Source: Octopus vulgaris (lineage: Eukaryota). Taken from it: DNA of 64,000 nt. Below the pieces are notes generated by a model. The model made no database searches, was not told the DNA's origin, and saw only the letters and a list, made by a program, of their open reading frames with translations. The position numbers and the translations under genes are program-made. The DNA lies in assembly GCA_951406725.2 (NCBI GenBank), contig OX597821.1, forward strand, positions 32,116,001-32,180,000. The letters are read 5' to 3'. Of the stretch, positions 28,021 through 42,458 are shown piece by piece (position 1 is the first letter of the stretch; each line of letters begins with the position of its first letter).

Positions 28021-28144
28021 ATAGTAATAATAATAATAATCCTTTCTACCATATGCACAGGTCTTGAAACTTTAGAGGAGGGGACTAGTCGATTACATCG
28101 ATCACAATATTACACTGGTAATTTATTGATCTCGGAAGGATTAA

Positions 28145-28530
28145 CCTGAACTCTCCAAAAAGAAGGTTATGGACTCATCCACTATAAATTCTTAAAACCT
28201 GGAAAAAAAACAATTACTGCAGAGAAATATCGCCATTAAATTGCCTAAATGAACAAAAAGTGCTACTCCTCTGTCCCAGACTGGTCAACAGAACAGGGCC
28301 AATCATTTTTGCTGACAATGCTCGAGCACACGTTTTGCTAATGACGGTCCAGTATTTGAGCTTATTTCCCACAATTTCTCCTACCGACTACCACTTTTTC
28401 TAGCATCTTGATGGTTTCCTGCGAGTGAAAGAGCACAAAAATGAAACCGATGCTCAAATTACCATCAAAGAGTTCATCAGCTCTAGATTCTACTTACTTT
28501 GAGTAATAAAATTTCCTCATTGTTGAAACA
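28145..28530 (+). mobile_element. Mariner-like catalytic-domain fragment
   Basis: GLIHYKFLKPG..TITAEKY, GPIIFADNARAH, SPTDYHFF. Confidence 0.75.
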
Positions 28531-28619
28531 TATTGTGATGTATTTCATGTTTCAAAACGTTACTTACTTTTTACTCAACCTGATAAACAGAATCCGAGAT
28601 AAGAGGTACTCTACTCAGT

Positions 28620-29400
28620 GTAATTCGTGGTAAACCTCACGCAAAAATTCCCGGATTACTCTACAAAGCCCCCACCCCTGGCATGGGTAGTCCCATCTTA
28701 CAGTTTCTTTCCTACTACTTAGAAACGCATACCCAGAGTAGATCCATTGAACCCCAGCTGTCTTGCCATTCTCACACACTATAAGTAGCACCTTCTCTAC
28801 CCTCAGATTTCTCTTCAAATGATATTTGAAGCAAAATCCCTGCCTTCAAAATTTTCAGAATCTCCACCACACAGCAGGGAAAGAATTGCTAAAGAATGTT
28901 GGTGCGTCGATCTTCATTATGTAAAAAGGGAAAACTGCTGGATTCGTCGCACGTGAGACAGAAGCTAATCAGCGCAAGTTCACAAGCCTGTAATTTTCGG
29001 ACACTGAATGATTACACGCAGTTTGGTTTCGTCCCCCAGCTCTATCTCGAGCAGATTCGGTCGTTGGTGCTTCCATACCAGAACACCTTTTTGCAAACAG
29101 ACAATCCCCCCACAGTAGCACTGCCATGCCAAACACTTACGAAACTTGTCCATAATATAAAAAAACATCCGAGAGAGACCACTGAATCTGATCTCGTCGA
29201 TGCTCAAAGTTAGTCCTAGGCCAACTTCGTTCATATCCTGAAATAGCAACCTGCGGAAATTATGGGCTATTTTCGCGCTAACGGTTTCATCCAGCTCGTA
29301 CAATGCTGTTGGACAAAACCAGTGAGCACTGGTAAAATTCTAGATGCCAAACGCTGAATCCTGGCCTATGTTTGAACCGTTCACTCTTATTCACCCTTTG
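28620..29400 (-). mobile_element. Decayed Tx1 ORF2 C-terminal fragment
   Basis: MDKFRKCLAWQCY..GDETKLRVIIQCPKITGL and KYHLKRNLRVE match MDNFQRSLAWQCY..SDETVLHALVQCPTISDL and KYHLKRKVRVE. Confidence 0.85.
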
Positions 29401-30136
29401 TAAAATATACTCACACACATGGACGTACACAAAACCACACTTCCTTATTGTGACATTATTTACAAATAACAAAGTAAAATTTAAACTTGAGTGGTTTATA
29501 GATAATCGTGAAACCCAGTATAAATGTCAGAAGGAATTATATCCAAGGCACTAACCTTTCCGCGAAGACTAGAAGGCATGCAGTGTCTTGGTTCAATGTC
29601 TTCAGCCCAAAAAATGACATTACAACTTCAAGGAACAAAGAAATACTGTGTTCCACATTATTAGTCCGTTCATGAATATGTTCAAATGTCCCTTGCTGCT
29701 CATAATATTAAGGAATAAACGATATGTTTATGTATCGCACTTTTGGTATGGACTAGTTCTCTACCAAAGGTATTCCAGAATTGACATAGTTCATTATTAT
29801 TCTCAGCTTAAAATCTATATCTTTGTATTGTATTAACACGTGAAAATAAATATATGCAGAACTTTTAGTTACTAGAAAGTAGATCGTTGAAGTTACCAAG
29901 AATACATGCCTTCTCAGAATCAGTAAAGCATATTCTTTCTGCTCTTTGTTTTTCTGTTTCCACTTTTTTTATTTCCTTTTTTATGAAATTTGTGTGAAAA
30001 GCTTCTGTACTTGTTGAAATCTTGCCATTTATTCTTCCTTTTATTTCATGTTTATTCTACGCTATTTTCATTTTTCCTGTATCTTGCTTTCCGTTGCTAC
30101 AATATACGCTCACGCGCATATACACACACACGCACG

Positions 30137-30194
<58 letters not shown>

Positions 30195-30356
30195 TGGATA
30201 CGTGTGTGTGTGCGTGTGTGGCAAATTTAACAAAATTCTATACCATGTTGCATTAGATTTACATTTCTCATGATCGTACGATATTCTTTGCCTCAAAAGA
30301 AAACTAACATAATACTGCCGGCTACAGTACACGAACCTGTTAATCTATATATACAA

Positions 30357-30418
<62 letters not shown>

Positions 30419-31295
30419 AATAGCTCTTATCAATGTACATTTTCGGTGAGGCTACAAACATAATTTAGATATTGCGGAAGTGAGTCCACTGCAGCTTTCT
30501 AATTTCCACAGAGAATGTGGTCGACCATTTCTGATATAATCAGACACCCTTAAGGTTGGTGTATTGTCGATAATGATTCGCGAACAATTTTGTATCTTAT
30601 GCATTATTTCACACTTTAATATGTCATGTCAAATATGCTGGATAAGCTTCTGTATTGTAGACTCTTTTTTTCCCCTTTTAATTTTGAAACAGATTTTATA
30701 ATTAAGTGCTACATACTAGAGGCAATCTCCTCCTTGTGCAATGATTTCGAATCTCGGATTCAATTTTAGGTGGTTATCATTCTAATAGCTTGCTGTCAGT
30801 ATTTCATTTCAGAAGGCAGATATATACTTGGAAGAATATGATTTCTACTTTGCTAAAAAAAAGTGTGACCCTCTTCATACGTAAAAAAAAAGATCAAATT
30901 TACGTCTTTGTCACATTTCTTGTAGTTTGTGTCTTTTATGGTAATTTTAGTTTTGATTGAATGTCTCATTAGTGTTTCTATCATTTTTTTCATTCTATTC
31001 AATGGACTGACATATTTCATCTGGATTCCTAGCGTAATAATATTTGCTAGCTAGAAGGCGGCGAGCTGACGTAATAATTAGCACGCAGGGCAGAATGCTT
31101 AGCGGCATTTCTTCCGAGTTTACGTTTCACGTCGACGTTACGTTCTGCATTCGAAATTATGTTTCATTCTCCGCTATCGATAAAATTTGTGCCTGGTTGA
31201 CACTGGGGTCTACTTAATCGACTCCCTCTCTCCTTAAATATCTAACCTAGTGTCAAAATGCAAAAACGATATCTACAACACCAAAGTAGTACGAC

Positions 31296-31493
31296 CAGAA
31301 GAAAATTCTAACTGGGCCCCACCTGCAAGGTCATGTGCTGTTTATCTTGATATGAGATCACCTTGTCGCGCACATATAGTTGTGATGCATGTGCCTAGTG
31401 TACCCTTATTAGACGGGTACTCATGATGGGTATACTCGGCCTCATATATTTTATCCCATTGTCACTTTGATGGCATGCATTGCTCACTCACGC

Positions 31494-31585
<92 letters not shown>

Positions 31586-31692
31586 TAATAATAATAATAA
31601 TTAAAGTAACATTGCTTTGTCTTGGTATAAAAGATGCGCTACAGCAAATATTCTGCTCAATACCACAGCTTTGCTTGTCATTTGTTTGACCT
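31296..31692 (+). mobile_element. Two pieces of the same (AAT)n-associated repeat separated by (AAT)n
   Basis: 31296-31492 matches 27800-28020 and 31605-31692 matches 27510-27600. Confidence 0.75.
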
Positions 31693-32035
31693 TATGATAT
31701 CCTGTAAATTATTGTAGACAGACTTGGTTTTCCTTTTTGCATCTCATGGAAAATTTCAAAAGAAACTATAGTTAACACCTTCTCAGTAAATAAAACCAGC
31801 AAAAAAAACACTTTGTAACAGCAGCATCGTGTAATATGCAGTAAGGTGTTGATCCTCATCAATACAAATGTGCATTGCTTCAAATATGTAAAAGGAAAAT
31901 CTGTGTTACGTTTAAGTCTTGACTTAGTTTCTGTCTTTGATGAACCTTTCTATTTTTTGGGGTTTTGTATTTATTCATTGTTATAATTATTTTTTCTTGA
32001 AGTGTTGATCATTTAGAGTTTTCTTTTAAATATAT

Positions 32036-32268
32036 ATTTCTTTACTACCCACAAGGGACTAAACACAGAGGGGACAAACAAGGACAGACAAAGCGATTAA
32101 GTCGATTCCATCGACCCCAGTGCGTAACTGGTACTTAATTTATCGACCCCGAAAGGATGAAAGGCAAAGTCAACCTCGGCGGAATTTGAACTCAGAACGT
32201 AACGACAGACGAAATACGGCTTCGCATTTCGCCCGGCGTGCTAACCTTTCTGCCAGCTCGCCGCCTTA
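32036..32268 (-). mobile_element. SINE family B, young subfamily with Tx1-like tail
   Basis: Head GGCGGCGAGCTGGCAGAAAGGTTAGCACGCCGG..GAGTTCAAATTCC, core GCCTTTCATCCTTTCGGGGTCGATAAATTAAGTACC, tail TTGTCCCCTCTGTGTTTAGTCCCTTGTGGGTAGTAAAGAAAT. Confidence 0.88.
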
Positions 32269-32675
32269 TATTTTCTTTTAAATATAATTTATGCACGTGC
32301 TTCTTATATTTTAACTCATGAGATTCGAATAATATTGAATGGAAAAGAAAACGATAGTCCTTCAGCGGAATATTGTAGAGAGGCAGAAATTTCACTCGGA
32401 ACACTTCCAGATAGACATGCTGACTTTGAAGTTTATTTGGAAAACCATACCTTGAGACGGTGGTTTTGCTTTAAAGTTTACAAAGAGGAATTTAGTCTGG
32501 AATAGAATGAAGAATTATATGGGGAAGTTCCAAACGACGCAAGTCAAATGTTTACGACCCATTCTTAAGCATTGTTGTTTATCAAGACTTTTGTTCACAT
32601 ACTCTCTGTGGTTTCTTTTGTATTTTTCCTCTTAGTGAGAAAGGTTTATGTGTATGTGTATACGTACACACACAT

Positions 32676-32964
<289 letters not shown>

Positions 32965-34415
32965 TCAACGTATAGATGATATAGGTGAAATAGGAAGATC
33001 AAATGAGCTTGATTTTCGTTTGAGTTTGCGAGTAGTGTGTATATGGCAAACATTATCACGTGTCACAAATCAAACATAATATCATAATGTAGCCACTGGG
33101 AAATTGGCACATCGATAGAATGTTTGGCAAAATGTAATTCGATATTTAGTTCACTTGATAGATATACATTCAGAGATATATATTCAAATCAAAATCTTGT
33201 GATTCAACCTAGCCGTTCCCATCAGTAGACGATAAAATAATTATCCATCGGGTATTGATTAAATCAAAGCGCATTTTATATGAAACATTGTGCCAATATT
33301 ATATTGTACTTTGTGTGGCTTGGGATAAAGTAGCAACAGGATTCACTACAGTTTCCTTGGAGCTGAAATTAGCATTTCAACGTATCATTAATTTTATGAT
33401 ATCGTTACTGTCACTCGATTATATTTACTATTTTGTGATTATTCGATCATAAGACAGAAACATTAGAACAGTTTGCATAAACCTTCACCGTTCTTTCAGT
33501 TTTCCAGTATAGATCATCATATGTCACGTTACCCTAGTACCATTTCAGATGGTTGGTTTAACTTGTACGGCTTCTGATCTTCAATTTATCTAAACAGCGC
33601 TAGCTTTCTGAAATCATCATTAGATCGTTTAAGACGTTTTAGGTTGCTGTATATAGATTAATTATGGCTGTTTCACCCATTTGTAATTAATTCTAGTAAT
33701 TAAATTTCTATTTCTAAATACTTTTACCATTATTTTAAACTAAATACACAAAATTTTCAAACAATGACTCTAGAAGTATAAGGGAAATCTCAGATCATTA
33801 AATACTAAAACTGCGTGGTTCGACTTAAGTTGCTAATAGTTATAATTGAATGCCTCTGATGCATTATGGTCATTAGTCCCCTTACAGATGTAAAGAGAAA
33901 GTTATAAATGATATGATCCATCGATGTTGACCGCTCAGAAACAAAATGTCTGACAATAACAAAATGCAGGTAATAAACAGGTGTTGAATATTTTTTTCGA
34001 AGTTGAATAATTATATAGAGAAGATTTCACACGGCAAATGACACACGGTTTCGTCTTATAATGCATTTAAAATTTTTTTGTAATTGTTCTAATTTCATTG
34101 AGCATCTAATTGCACTACAAAAGTACGTATCCATCAACGTGCAATATGTCGAGTGGGTTATGAATTGTCTGCTGAATTCAGATTATTCTGCTTTATATGC
34201 GTGTTTAATTATATATGTTTTACATATATGTAGGTGCACTACTTTATCCGATAGAGAAAACATGACCTATTTGGTTTGGTAATGAGATATGATGTTGCTA
34301 CACCGATTTTGTATTACATATTTATAATTTAAATACTTAATATCAGTTACTGATTCCCATAATTCATGTGAAGTTTCAGACACTTGTAAGATCATATGTA
34401 ATCAGAAGAGGGATG

Positions 34416-34464
<49 letters not shown>

Positions 34465-34923
34465 GAGCAAAAACGCCCCCCCCCCCGTCCAATGGACGGT
34501 GCTGAGTTGTCAAACATTATGACCAAATTTTCTCAAAACAACTTGTCCGAACGTCCCAAAGGCCTCCCCTTTGAGAAACACTGATTTAACCTAAATTTGA
34601 GACACCAGCAAATGAAGAAGTAAAGATAGACTTATTTTCTATTCCAAAGAAAAACGATTTTATTCACACAAATATGCAACTGAAGTCTTTAAAGTACCAA
34701 GATTAATATGGCTGTTGACTGGGAGAACGCAAACATGGTTTAAACAGTAAGCTTGGCAGGAAAGAAACGTGCCTTCAAGCAGTACAAAAGCAACAAAACA
34801 TGGAAGGTGCAGTTATGTACAGGCTGACGGAAGAAGAGCAGGACAAAAACGGCTTTATCGATCGCATTCTCACCTAGAATCGAATTTTGTATTTTTTTCA
34901 AGATTTATACACGCCTTGATACC

Positions 34924-35145
34924 TATTTCTTTACTACCCACAAGGGGCTAAACACAGAGGGTACAAACAAGGACAGACAAACGGATTAAGTCGATTACAT
35001 CGACCCCAGTACTTAATTTATCGATCCCGAAAGGATGAAAGGCAAAGTCGACCTCGGCGGAATTTGAACTCAGAACGTAGCGGCAGACGAAATACGGCTA
35101 CGCATTTAGCCCGGCGTGCAAACGTGTCTGCCAGCTCACCGCCTT
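34924..35145 (-). mobile_element. SINE family B, young, Tx1-like tail
   Basis: Same structure. 12-bp TSD CGCCTTGATACC at 34912-34923 and 35140-35151, overlapping the head. Confidence 0.88.
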
Positions 35146-35840
35146 GATACCGTCGATATCTCCATATCAAATTTGAGCGCAATCGGATGGAGGATGCCCG
35201 AGATCCTAGAAGACACATACACACAGACAGAACGGATTATATAAAATAGATATTAGTTTTTACTGTCCAAGTACCAGAAAAGAAATCCAGTTCTATAGAT
35301 TTGTGAAGTGGCTTCTTTTCTCTCAGTGGTGTGAAGTTTTACGAAATGTTTACTTAATAATTAGTTGCGCTTCTTTCTTTGACAGTTCTTGCTTCTTTCC
35401 TTCCTAATCTAAGATGCATCTATCGATTTTTAAGTTTAATAGAAACATCAGCTGTGCCTCTACTTTTTATTGTTCCCGCTCTAAGACACATTAAAGATAT
35501 TTAACGACATTTTAGCGTTTAATATAAGTTCAACATTTGCATTTAATGCCATTTGCTCACTTTTTATGCTTGCCAATAAATACTATAATCACTTAACGTT
35601 CTGAATATTCTATTAGTCTCACAAGCGACTGAAATTAGAGAATAGGTATTTAAAACGGTTCGTCTACGTAATATTGTAACCCATACACTTCCATAAACAA
35701 GCGTTTATGATTTAAAGGATTTTTCTCATTCTAAAGAGATTCAGAAATCTGTTATGGGTGTATTTTCGAATTATTTTCTTTCATTTGAATTTTTAATGCA
35801 GACGTATGTTATTCTTTCCGTTGACCCCTTCTTTCGTTCT

Positions 35841-35927
<87 letters not shown>

Positions 35928-36496
35928 ACAGCTCAATCATTCCTTCTATAAACAAATTTGTGTATATTTATATACGAATGTGTTTCACTAGATTTTTACA
36001 AGGTCGCTTTATAAGAGAAACCATCAAACAACATTGTTTAGATGCTTGCTTCCGACCATTCACAAGCTCAAGGTTGGCTGGTCGCTTTGAAGGCAGAGCA
36101 AGGTTCCGTCTCATCGACTACTAAGGATCACATTTTTAAAGCGGAAGCTATTGCGATCAGATAACATTTCCTATAATGAGTGTAACACTTGAGCTTTCTA
36201 TTCTGCACTATCAATCGTACGGCCTCAGGATAAGCATCCGAAAGGGCATATTTTCGGCATGGCTTTGTAGTACATGCAGATCCATACTAAATTCTTCAGA
36301 CACCATATCATTCCTTTTGGTGATTAACACCGTCCGATTTGGTCAACGTCCATCTTTCATTCGAGATCGGAAGTAGTAATCTGGCTCCTTCCCAAAGTAC
36401 CTCGAGGTAGGTGCAAATAAAGCGAATACTAGCAACAAAACAGACTTTGCTAAATGCATTGTAGGTGCCAGCTCCTAGTGTTACACCTTGAGTTCT

Positions 36497-36729
36497 TATT
36501 TCTTCATTGCCCACAAGGGGCTAAACATAGAGGGGACAAACAAGGACAGACAAAGGAATTAAGTCGATTGCATCGACCGTAGTGCGTAACTGGTACTTAT
36601 TTAATCGACCCCGAAAGGATGAAAGGCAGAGTCGACCTCGGCGGAATTTGATCTCAGAACGTAACGGCAGACGAAATACGGCTGCGCATTTCGCCCGGCG
36701 TGCTAATGTTTCGGCCAGCTCGCCGCCTT
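36497..36729 (-). mobile_element. SINE family B, young, Tx1-like tail
   Basis: Same structure. 12-bp TSD ACCTTGAGTTCT at 36485-36496 and 36735-36746. Confidence 0.9.
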
Positions 36730-37117
36730 ATTAAACCTTGAGTTCTACCAATTCTTTTTTATTGACTAAAAACAGTGAAAAGCCGGCCAGTATTGAACTT
36801 ACGTCATCGAATTTTAGAACAAACACTGTTTTGTAGCCGTGTGCTTTGTGTACATATTTTGTTTTCATAACAACTTTCTCTTTGTCCCTGAAGGCTAGAT
36901 ATATATATTACAACGGAAGGCACTCGCCCAAATTTTGTACTGTCTTGCTTAATTAGTTTTTTCATGTTATGGAGGATAACTTTCTTCTTCTCATAACATA
37001 AATATAAATCACTTTTCTCCTTGTCCAATGGCGGATGTGATATAATACAATTCCTTTGATCACAGCTCTGCTAATTGTAAGAACGAGACAACAACAACAA
37101 TAATGATGACGATGATG

Positions 37118-37190
<73 letters not shown>

Positions 37191-37572
37191 TAACAACAAC
37201 AACAATGTAACAACCTACTTAGCACTGGATGACAAAGCAAAATGAAAAAAAAACCTCCTCAAATAACGTATCTACTAACCATTTTTGGCACGTCATAAGG
37301 TGCTATTATCAGAAGTGGAACACCAACTGTTACAGTAAGAAACCGAAAAAATATCCTTGATGTGCAACAAGGTTTTCCAAAATACAGTAGGGTCGTGTAT
37401 TAAGACATCAAATACTTTATGTCCCTGTTATAACATGTAAGGTGACATTAGAGACAGCAATTAACATCAAGAGACGAAAGATTATCAAATATATCGCTAA
37501 ACAAAGAAATCTTTCGAGGGGGCAGTTATTCGATTATTTTGTTTGTAACCCTACTGGTACCATTTTCTTTTT

Positions 37573-38033
37573 TTGTTCCTTCTGGAGCCGTACCTGGCTC
37601 ATAAGGGCCGGTTTCCCGGTTTCTTGGCGCATAGGTTCCCCACCTGGACGGGACGCCGGTCCGTCGCAGGTGAGCTGCAAGATGCAGGAGGAAAGAGTGA
37701 GAGAAAGTTGTGGCGAAAGAGTCAGCAGAAGTTTCGCCATTACCTTCTGCTGGAGCCGCGTGGAGCTTAGATATTTCGCTCATAAACACACACATCGCCC
37801 GGTCTGAGATTCGAACCTGCGATCCCTCGACCGCGAGTCCGTCGCATTAACCACTAGGCCATGGGCCTCCACCAAAGTTGTGGTGAAAGAGTCAGCAGAA
37901 GTTCGCCATTACCTTCTGCCGCAGCCACGTGGAGCTTAGGTGTTTCGCTCATAAACGCACACATCGCTCGGTCTGAGATTCGAACCCGCAATGCCGAGTC
38001 CGCTGCTCTAACCACTAGGCCATGTGCCTCCAC
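37573..38033 (-). mobile_element. SINE family A, tail type 3, with duplicated head (dimer)
   Basis: Partial copy 37874-38033 is fused to full copy 37573-37872. Both are flanked by CTAC(T/C)GGTACC (37551-37561 and 38033-38043). Confidence 0.85.
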
Positions 38034-38099
38034 TACCGGTACCGTTGTTGTTACTATTAAGCAAATGAGGAAAGAAAGCCACCGGAGAAAAAAGAGATG

Positions 38100-39840
38100 A
38101 AGACAATTCATCTATTTCAAAATGTTTTAATGGTTTACCACAAACATTAGACCGAGAAAACACCGCGGAGCAAATCGTAAGCATATTTAGTAGAGATATC
38201 GGGATGGTTTTCGAAATCGAGCAGTATAGTGTGATCGAGATACAGAATATCCATTAAAAAAATAGTGGTATAGACGAACCTATAAATGTAAATACAAAGA
38301 AATGAAGCAAGCACCTAGTAAAGATTAATTAGCAGAAAATAGATTTTGAAATCCAAATTTACTGCATGAATCAACGTATAAGCGATCAACATGAGAGCCG
38401 TGTCATTAATATGTTATAGAACAGGAAATCTTACACAGACATAGTGTGAGAATAAGTAGCGTCTCAATACATTTAATTATACTTCCAATCAGATTAGGAT
38501 AAAAGATACTTGAAAGGAGAAATACGAAGAGTGATAATGAGTGTCGAAGAGCTAGCATATCTAGAGAAGTCGGGTGTAGTGTTTGTATGAAGAAGGATAA
38601 AAGAATATACGCAATCTGTGGAAGCACTCCGTCGGTTACGACGATGAGGGTTCCGGTTGATCCGAATCAACGGAACAGCCTGCTCGTGAAATTAACGTGT
38701 AAGTGGCTGAGCACTCCACAGACTCGTGCACCCTTAACGTAGTTCTCGGGGATATTCAGCGTGACACAGAGAGTGACAAGGCCGGCCCCTTGAAATACAG
38801 GTACAACAGAAACAGGAAGTAAGAGTGAGTGAAAGTTGTGGTGAAAGGGTACAGCAGGGATCACCATCATCCCCTGCCGGAGCCTCGTGGAGCTTTTAGG
38901 TGTTTTCGCTCAATAAACACTCACAACGCCCGGTCTGGGAATCGAAACCGCGATCCTATGACCGCGAGTCCGTTGCCCTAACCACTGGGCCATTGCGCCT
39001 CCACATACGCAATATATGGAGTTGATAAATGAAGGAGTTTTTACAGACTATATAGAGAGCAAAACTGAAAAGAAAATATGGGAAATATGGAAAATAGGTA
39101 ATCATCTTTGAATGAGAGAAGCCTCACTCAATATTTTTCAAAACAACAAATTATAGAAATGGGGACCAGGAGAGAACGCTATAAAAAACGAAATCAACTG
39201 GGGAAAGAGAGAGAATTCTTTTACAGCAGGGAAACGGGCCCTAATGATACATAAGAACAGATTACCTAGTCTGTTCAATTGAATGTAGAATGTACGATGA
39301 TTCAGAAGAGATTGTCCATCGAATTTTACCGGAATCTCCACAAGTAGCTGAATTTATATACAAACGGTTAGACATAAGACAGCTGCTACACTACTGTAAT
39401 TCACTAGCATTCTTAAAAGGTTTGGCTTCGCATGTACAGAAACAAAATCTATGCCAATTTCTAATCGAAATGTAAGATCTCCAAAACTATGATGCAATGC
39501 TGTTGTGGAGGTTTTCTTATATATAAACAGAATGTATGGTATATTTCATAACAGGCCAGTTATTATATCCGTTGTGTTATCATTTGATACCAGTTTAAAG
39601 AAATGAAAGTGAAAAAAAGAGTAAAGAAGCATTATATAAGCTTGAAGAACAAATCCTTAAATACTGAAACAAAAATATTCATAATATCATCTTCCTGTGA
39701 AATATTTTCGCGGGTGCATAGAACAGTGACAATAAATTTGAGAACAAATCTTGGAAAATCTCATTGAAATGTGTTGGTGCGGTGCTGAACCATGTCTTCT
39801 AGATGTAGCAAGACATAGCAGGCAAGCCCTAAATAAACAA
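38100..39840 (+). mobile_element. Old R4/Dong-like element (RT to REL), interrupted by a SINE
   Basis: Degenerate motifs IVSIFSRDIGMVFEIEQ, ILKSK..AINMRAVSLICY and CRMYDDSEEIVHRILPESPQVAEFIYKR, with many stops. Confidence 0.65.
38623..39004 (-). mobile_element. SINE family A, tail type 1
   Basis: Complete head. TSD-like ATACGCAAT(C/A)T(G/A)TGGA at 38607-38622 and 39005-39020. Confidence 0.88.
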
Positions 39841-41498
39841 AGTAAATGAAGTAAATAAACAAATATGAAATGCAGAAGAATCTTATACAGAAAATACAAA
39901 ACTGTCTTAATCCTAGACTGGGAGCTAAGGTTCGGTAGGAAATATAGATTAAAGGGATACACAATCAATACCGTGAGAGTAAAGACGAAGAAGAAAAAAG
40001 GAGGAGGAGGGGCAGCAGCAGTAGGAGGAGCAGGAAGACGAAGGTAGGTGGAGCGGGTGGAGGTATGAAGAGAAGGAGGGAAAGAGCAAAAACAAAACCG
40101 AACGGTGATGAGGAGGAGGAAGAAGATGATGACGATGTTGATGATGCTTGACTTTGCCAACAGAGTGACAGTTGAGCATTCGTGCTCACGTAGAAAACAG
40201 GAGGTGTAGAAACATCTAAGCGGTATATAAATGATATGATGCAGGGACCCATTATCTAGAGCCAATCGAGGCTGTCCACCATACACATTACTAAGTTGGT
40301 GGGTAAGAGGTAGAACTTGATTTAACTATCGCTCTCCGACTTACGGGCAGTTCCATCAAACCTTACTACATAATCAATCATAGCAATCTCTGAAGAATTT
40401 CACTTGGCATTTATCCTCAAATAAACGGTCGATAGGGTCCGGAACAAAGTAACAAGTGCTTGTCCCCAGATCATTCAAACTCGAAGAACACGATAGCAAT
40501 TTCACGATAGCTACCAGTTTGTGAGTAATACCTTACTCAAAGTCAGATACTAAATTTGTTAGCAAATATTACTGAAAATGCAACCACTGTTTCTTTCTAG
40601 TTAAACCCTAGCATTTGTATGGAGAATATATTTCATTTTATGGTTTACATGCATAATGGTTTCCATACATTTTATTTTAATGTGGCTTAGAAACTTACAA
40701 TAGAATCAGATTTTCCAGGTCCTGATTCTATTAAGATGTAATAAAGCAGAAAATGTATACTCCAATTATATGCTACATTTCATTTACATTTTAACAATAG
40801 AAGATATTCAAGTGAAAAATGTCATTATGAAAATGGACATATAAATGAACGCAATTTTATTTTAAATTCCAATTATATTTGTATATTCTATCACAATAGC
40901 AATTTGCTCTACAACCCAAAGCACACAAACAAACGCAAACACATACAAGCGTGGATATACAGCATAAACATACACATGAAGAAGAAAGATGCACAAATAT
41001 TCGTGGATGTGCGTGTCCTTGTGTGTATGTGAGGGTGTATGCCTCTTGTTTATCGTTATAATAATCAATATAAATAAACAGTGCTCTTTTATTTGGGGAA
41101 TCACGTGCGTGACTTTGCATGCACAAGTGTATATTTATGTGAACGAGTCTATGTGTTTTTCTGTCTATTTCTTCTGTATGTTTATTAGAGAAAGTCTGTA
41201 TTCCTATGGCAGCGACAATAATTTCCATACAAGCACTCGAGATTCTAGCTCTCTAGAGATTGCCCCTGCTATTTACGAGACAAATGGACGCTAATATTTC
41301 ATATATAATTATACATATACACAAAGAAAATTACATGTACATATATGTATATATCAATACATATGTAGGTATATCTGTGTGCACGCGGTTGTGTGTTTGC
41401 GTGTATGAATGCACGTCTTTGTGAATATATATTGATCTATGAATTTGGTTGCCTATATGTGTGTGTGTACATATATGCACACATTCACACACGCATAC

Positions 41499-41540
<42 letters not shown>

Positions 41541-41595
41541 GGAGATAAAGAGATAGACAGACAGATAGTTAGATAGATAGATAGATAGATAGATG

Positions 41596-41655
<60 letters not shown>

Positions 41656-42061
41656 TATAGATAGATAGTTAGAATGGTATTTAAGCATACATGTGGCGTG
41701 TGGCTTGTTGGACGTTAAACTTCACGATCTAGTGGATCGCTGCATACTCCGAGGTATGTTGAAATCCAAGAGGATTAGCGAGTTATTTGCAGCAGGGTGT
41801 TCAAAGTCGAACTGGAAGTATAAAATATTGTGTATCCTATGTAAGCTCTCTAATTGAGAATGACCGTCTGTGCCTGTGGGTGATTGTTTGCGGGCATGTA
41901 TTTATAGGTTATACGTATCTCACTTTCTCTCTGTTCACACATACAAGCACACACATTTACAAATATGGATAGACAAAGATACAGTCAGACAGATAGATAG
42001 ATACATAGAAAGCTAGATAGATGGACAGACATATAGAGAGCCAGACAGACAGACAGACATA

Positions 42062-42100
<39 letters not shown>

Positions 42101-42104
<4 letters not shown>

Positions 42105-42249
42105 TAATTGTTATCGCCATATTAATATGGCAGTCTTATAGAGTGTCAAATAGGTAGCTTAAGGCGATGGCCTCATGGAGCTAATCAGCGACAGCTTTAG
42201 TCTTATATCTATAAGACTGCCATATTAATATGGCGATAACAATTAATTT
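42101..42249. repeat. Inverted repeat with perfect 42-bp arms
   Basis: AAATTAATTGTTATCGCCATATTAATATGGCAGTCTTATAGA and its exact reverse complement. Each arm contains the palindrome GCCATATTAATATGGC. Confidence 0.95.
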
Positions 42250-42302
42250 CCAGTAACGCTGCCGTAATCTCTTTTAGAGAGACTTAGTAATTTTAATATT
42301 TC

Positions 42303-42341
<39 letters not shown>

Positions 42342-42388
42342 TAGATAGATAGATAGATATATAGAGAGAGAGATAGATAGAGAGAGAG

Positions 42389-42458
<70 letters not shown>

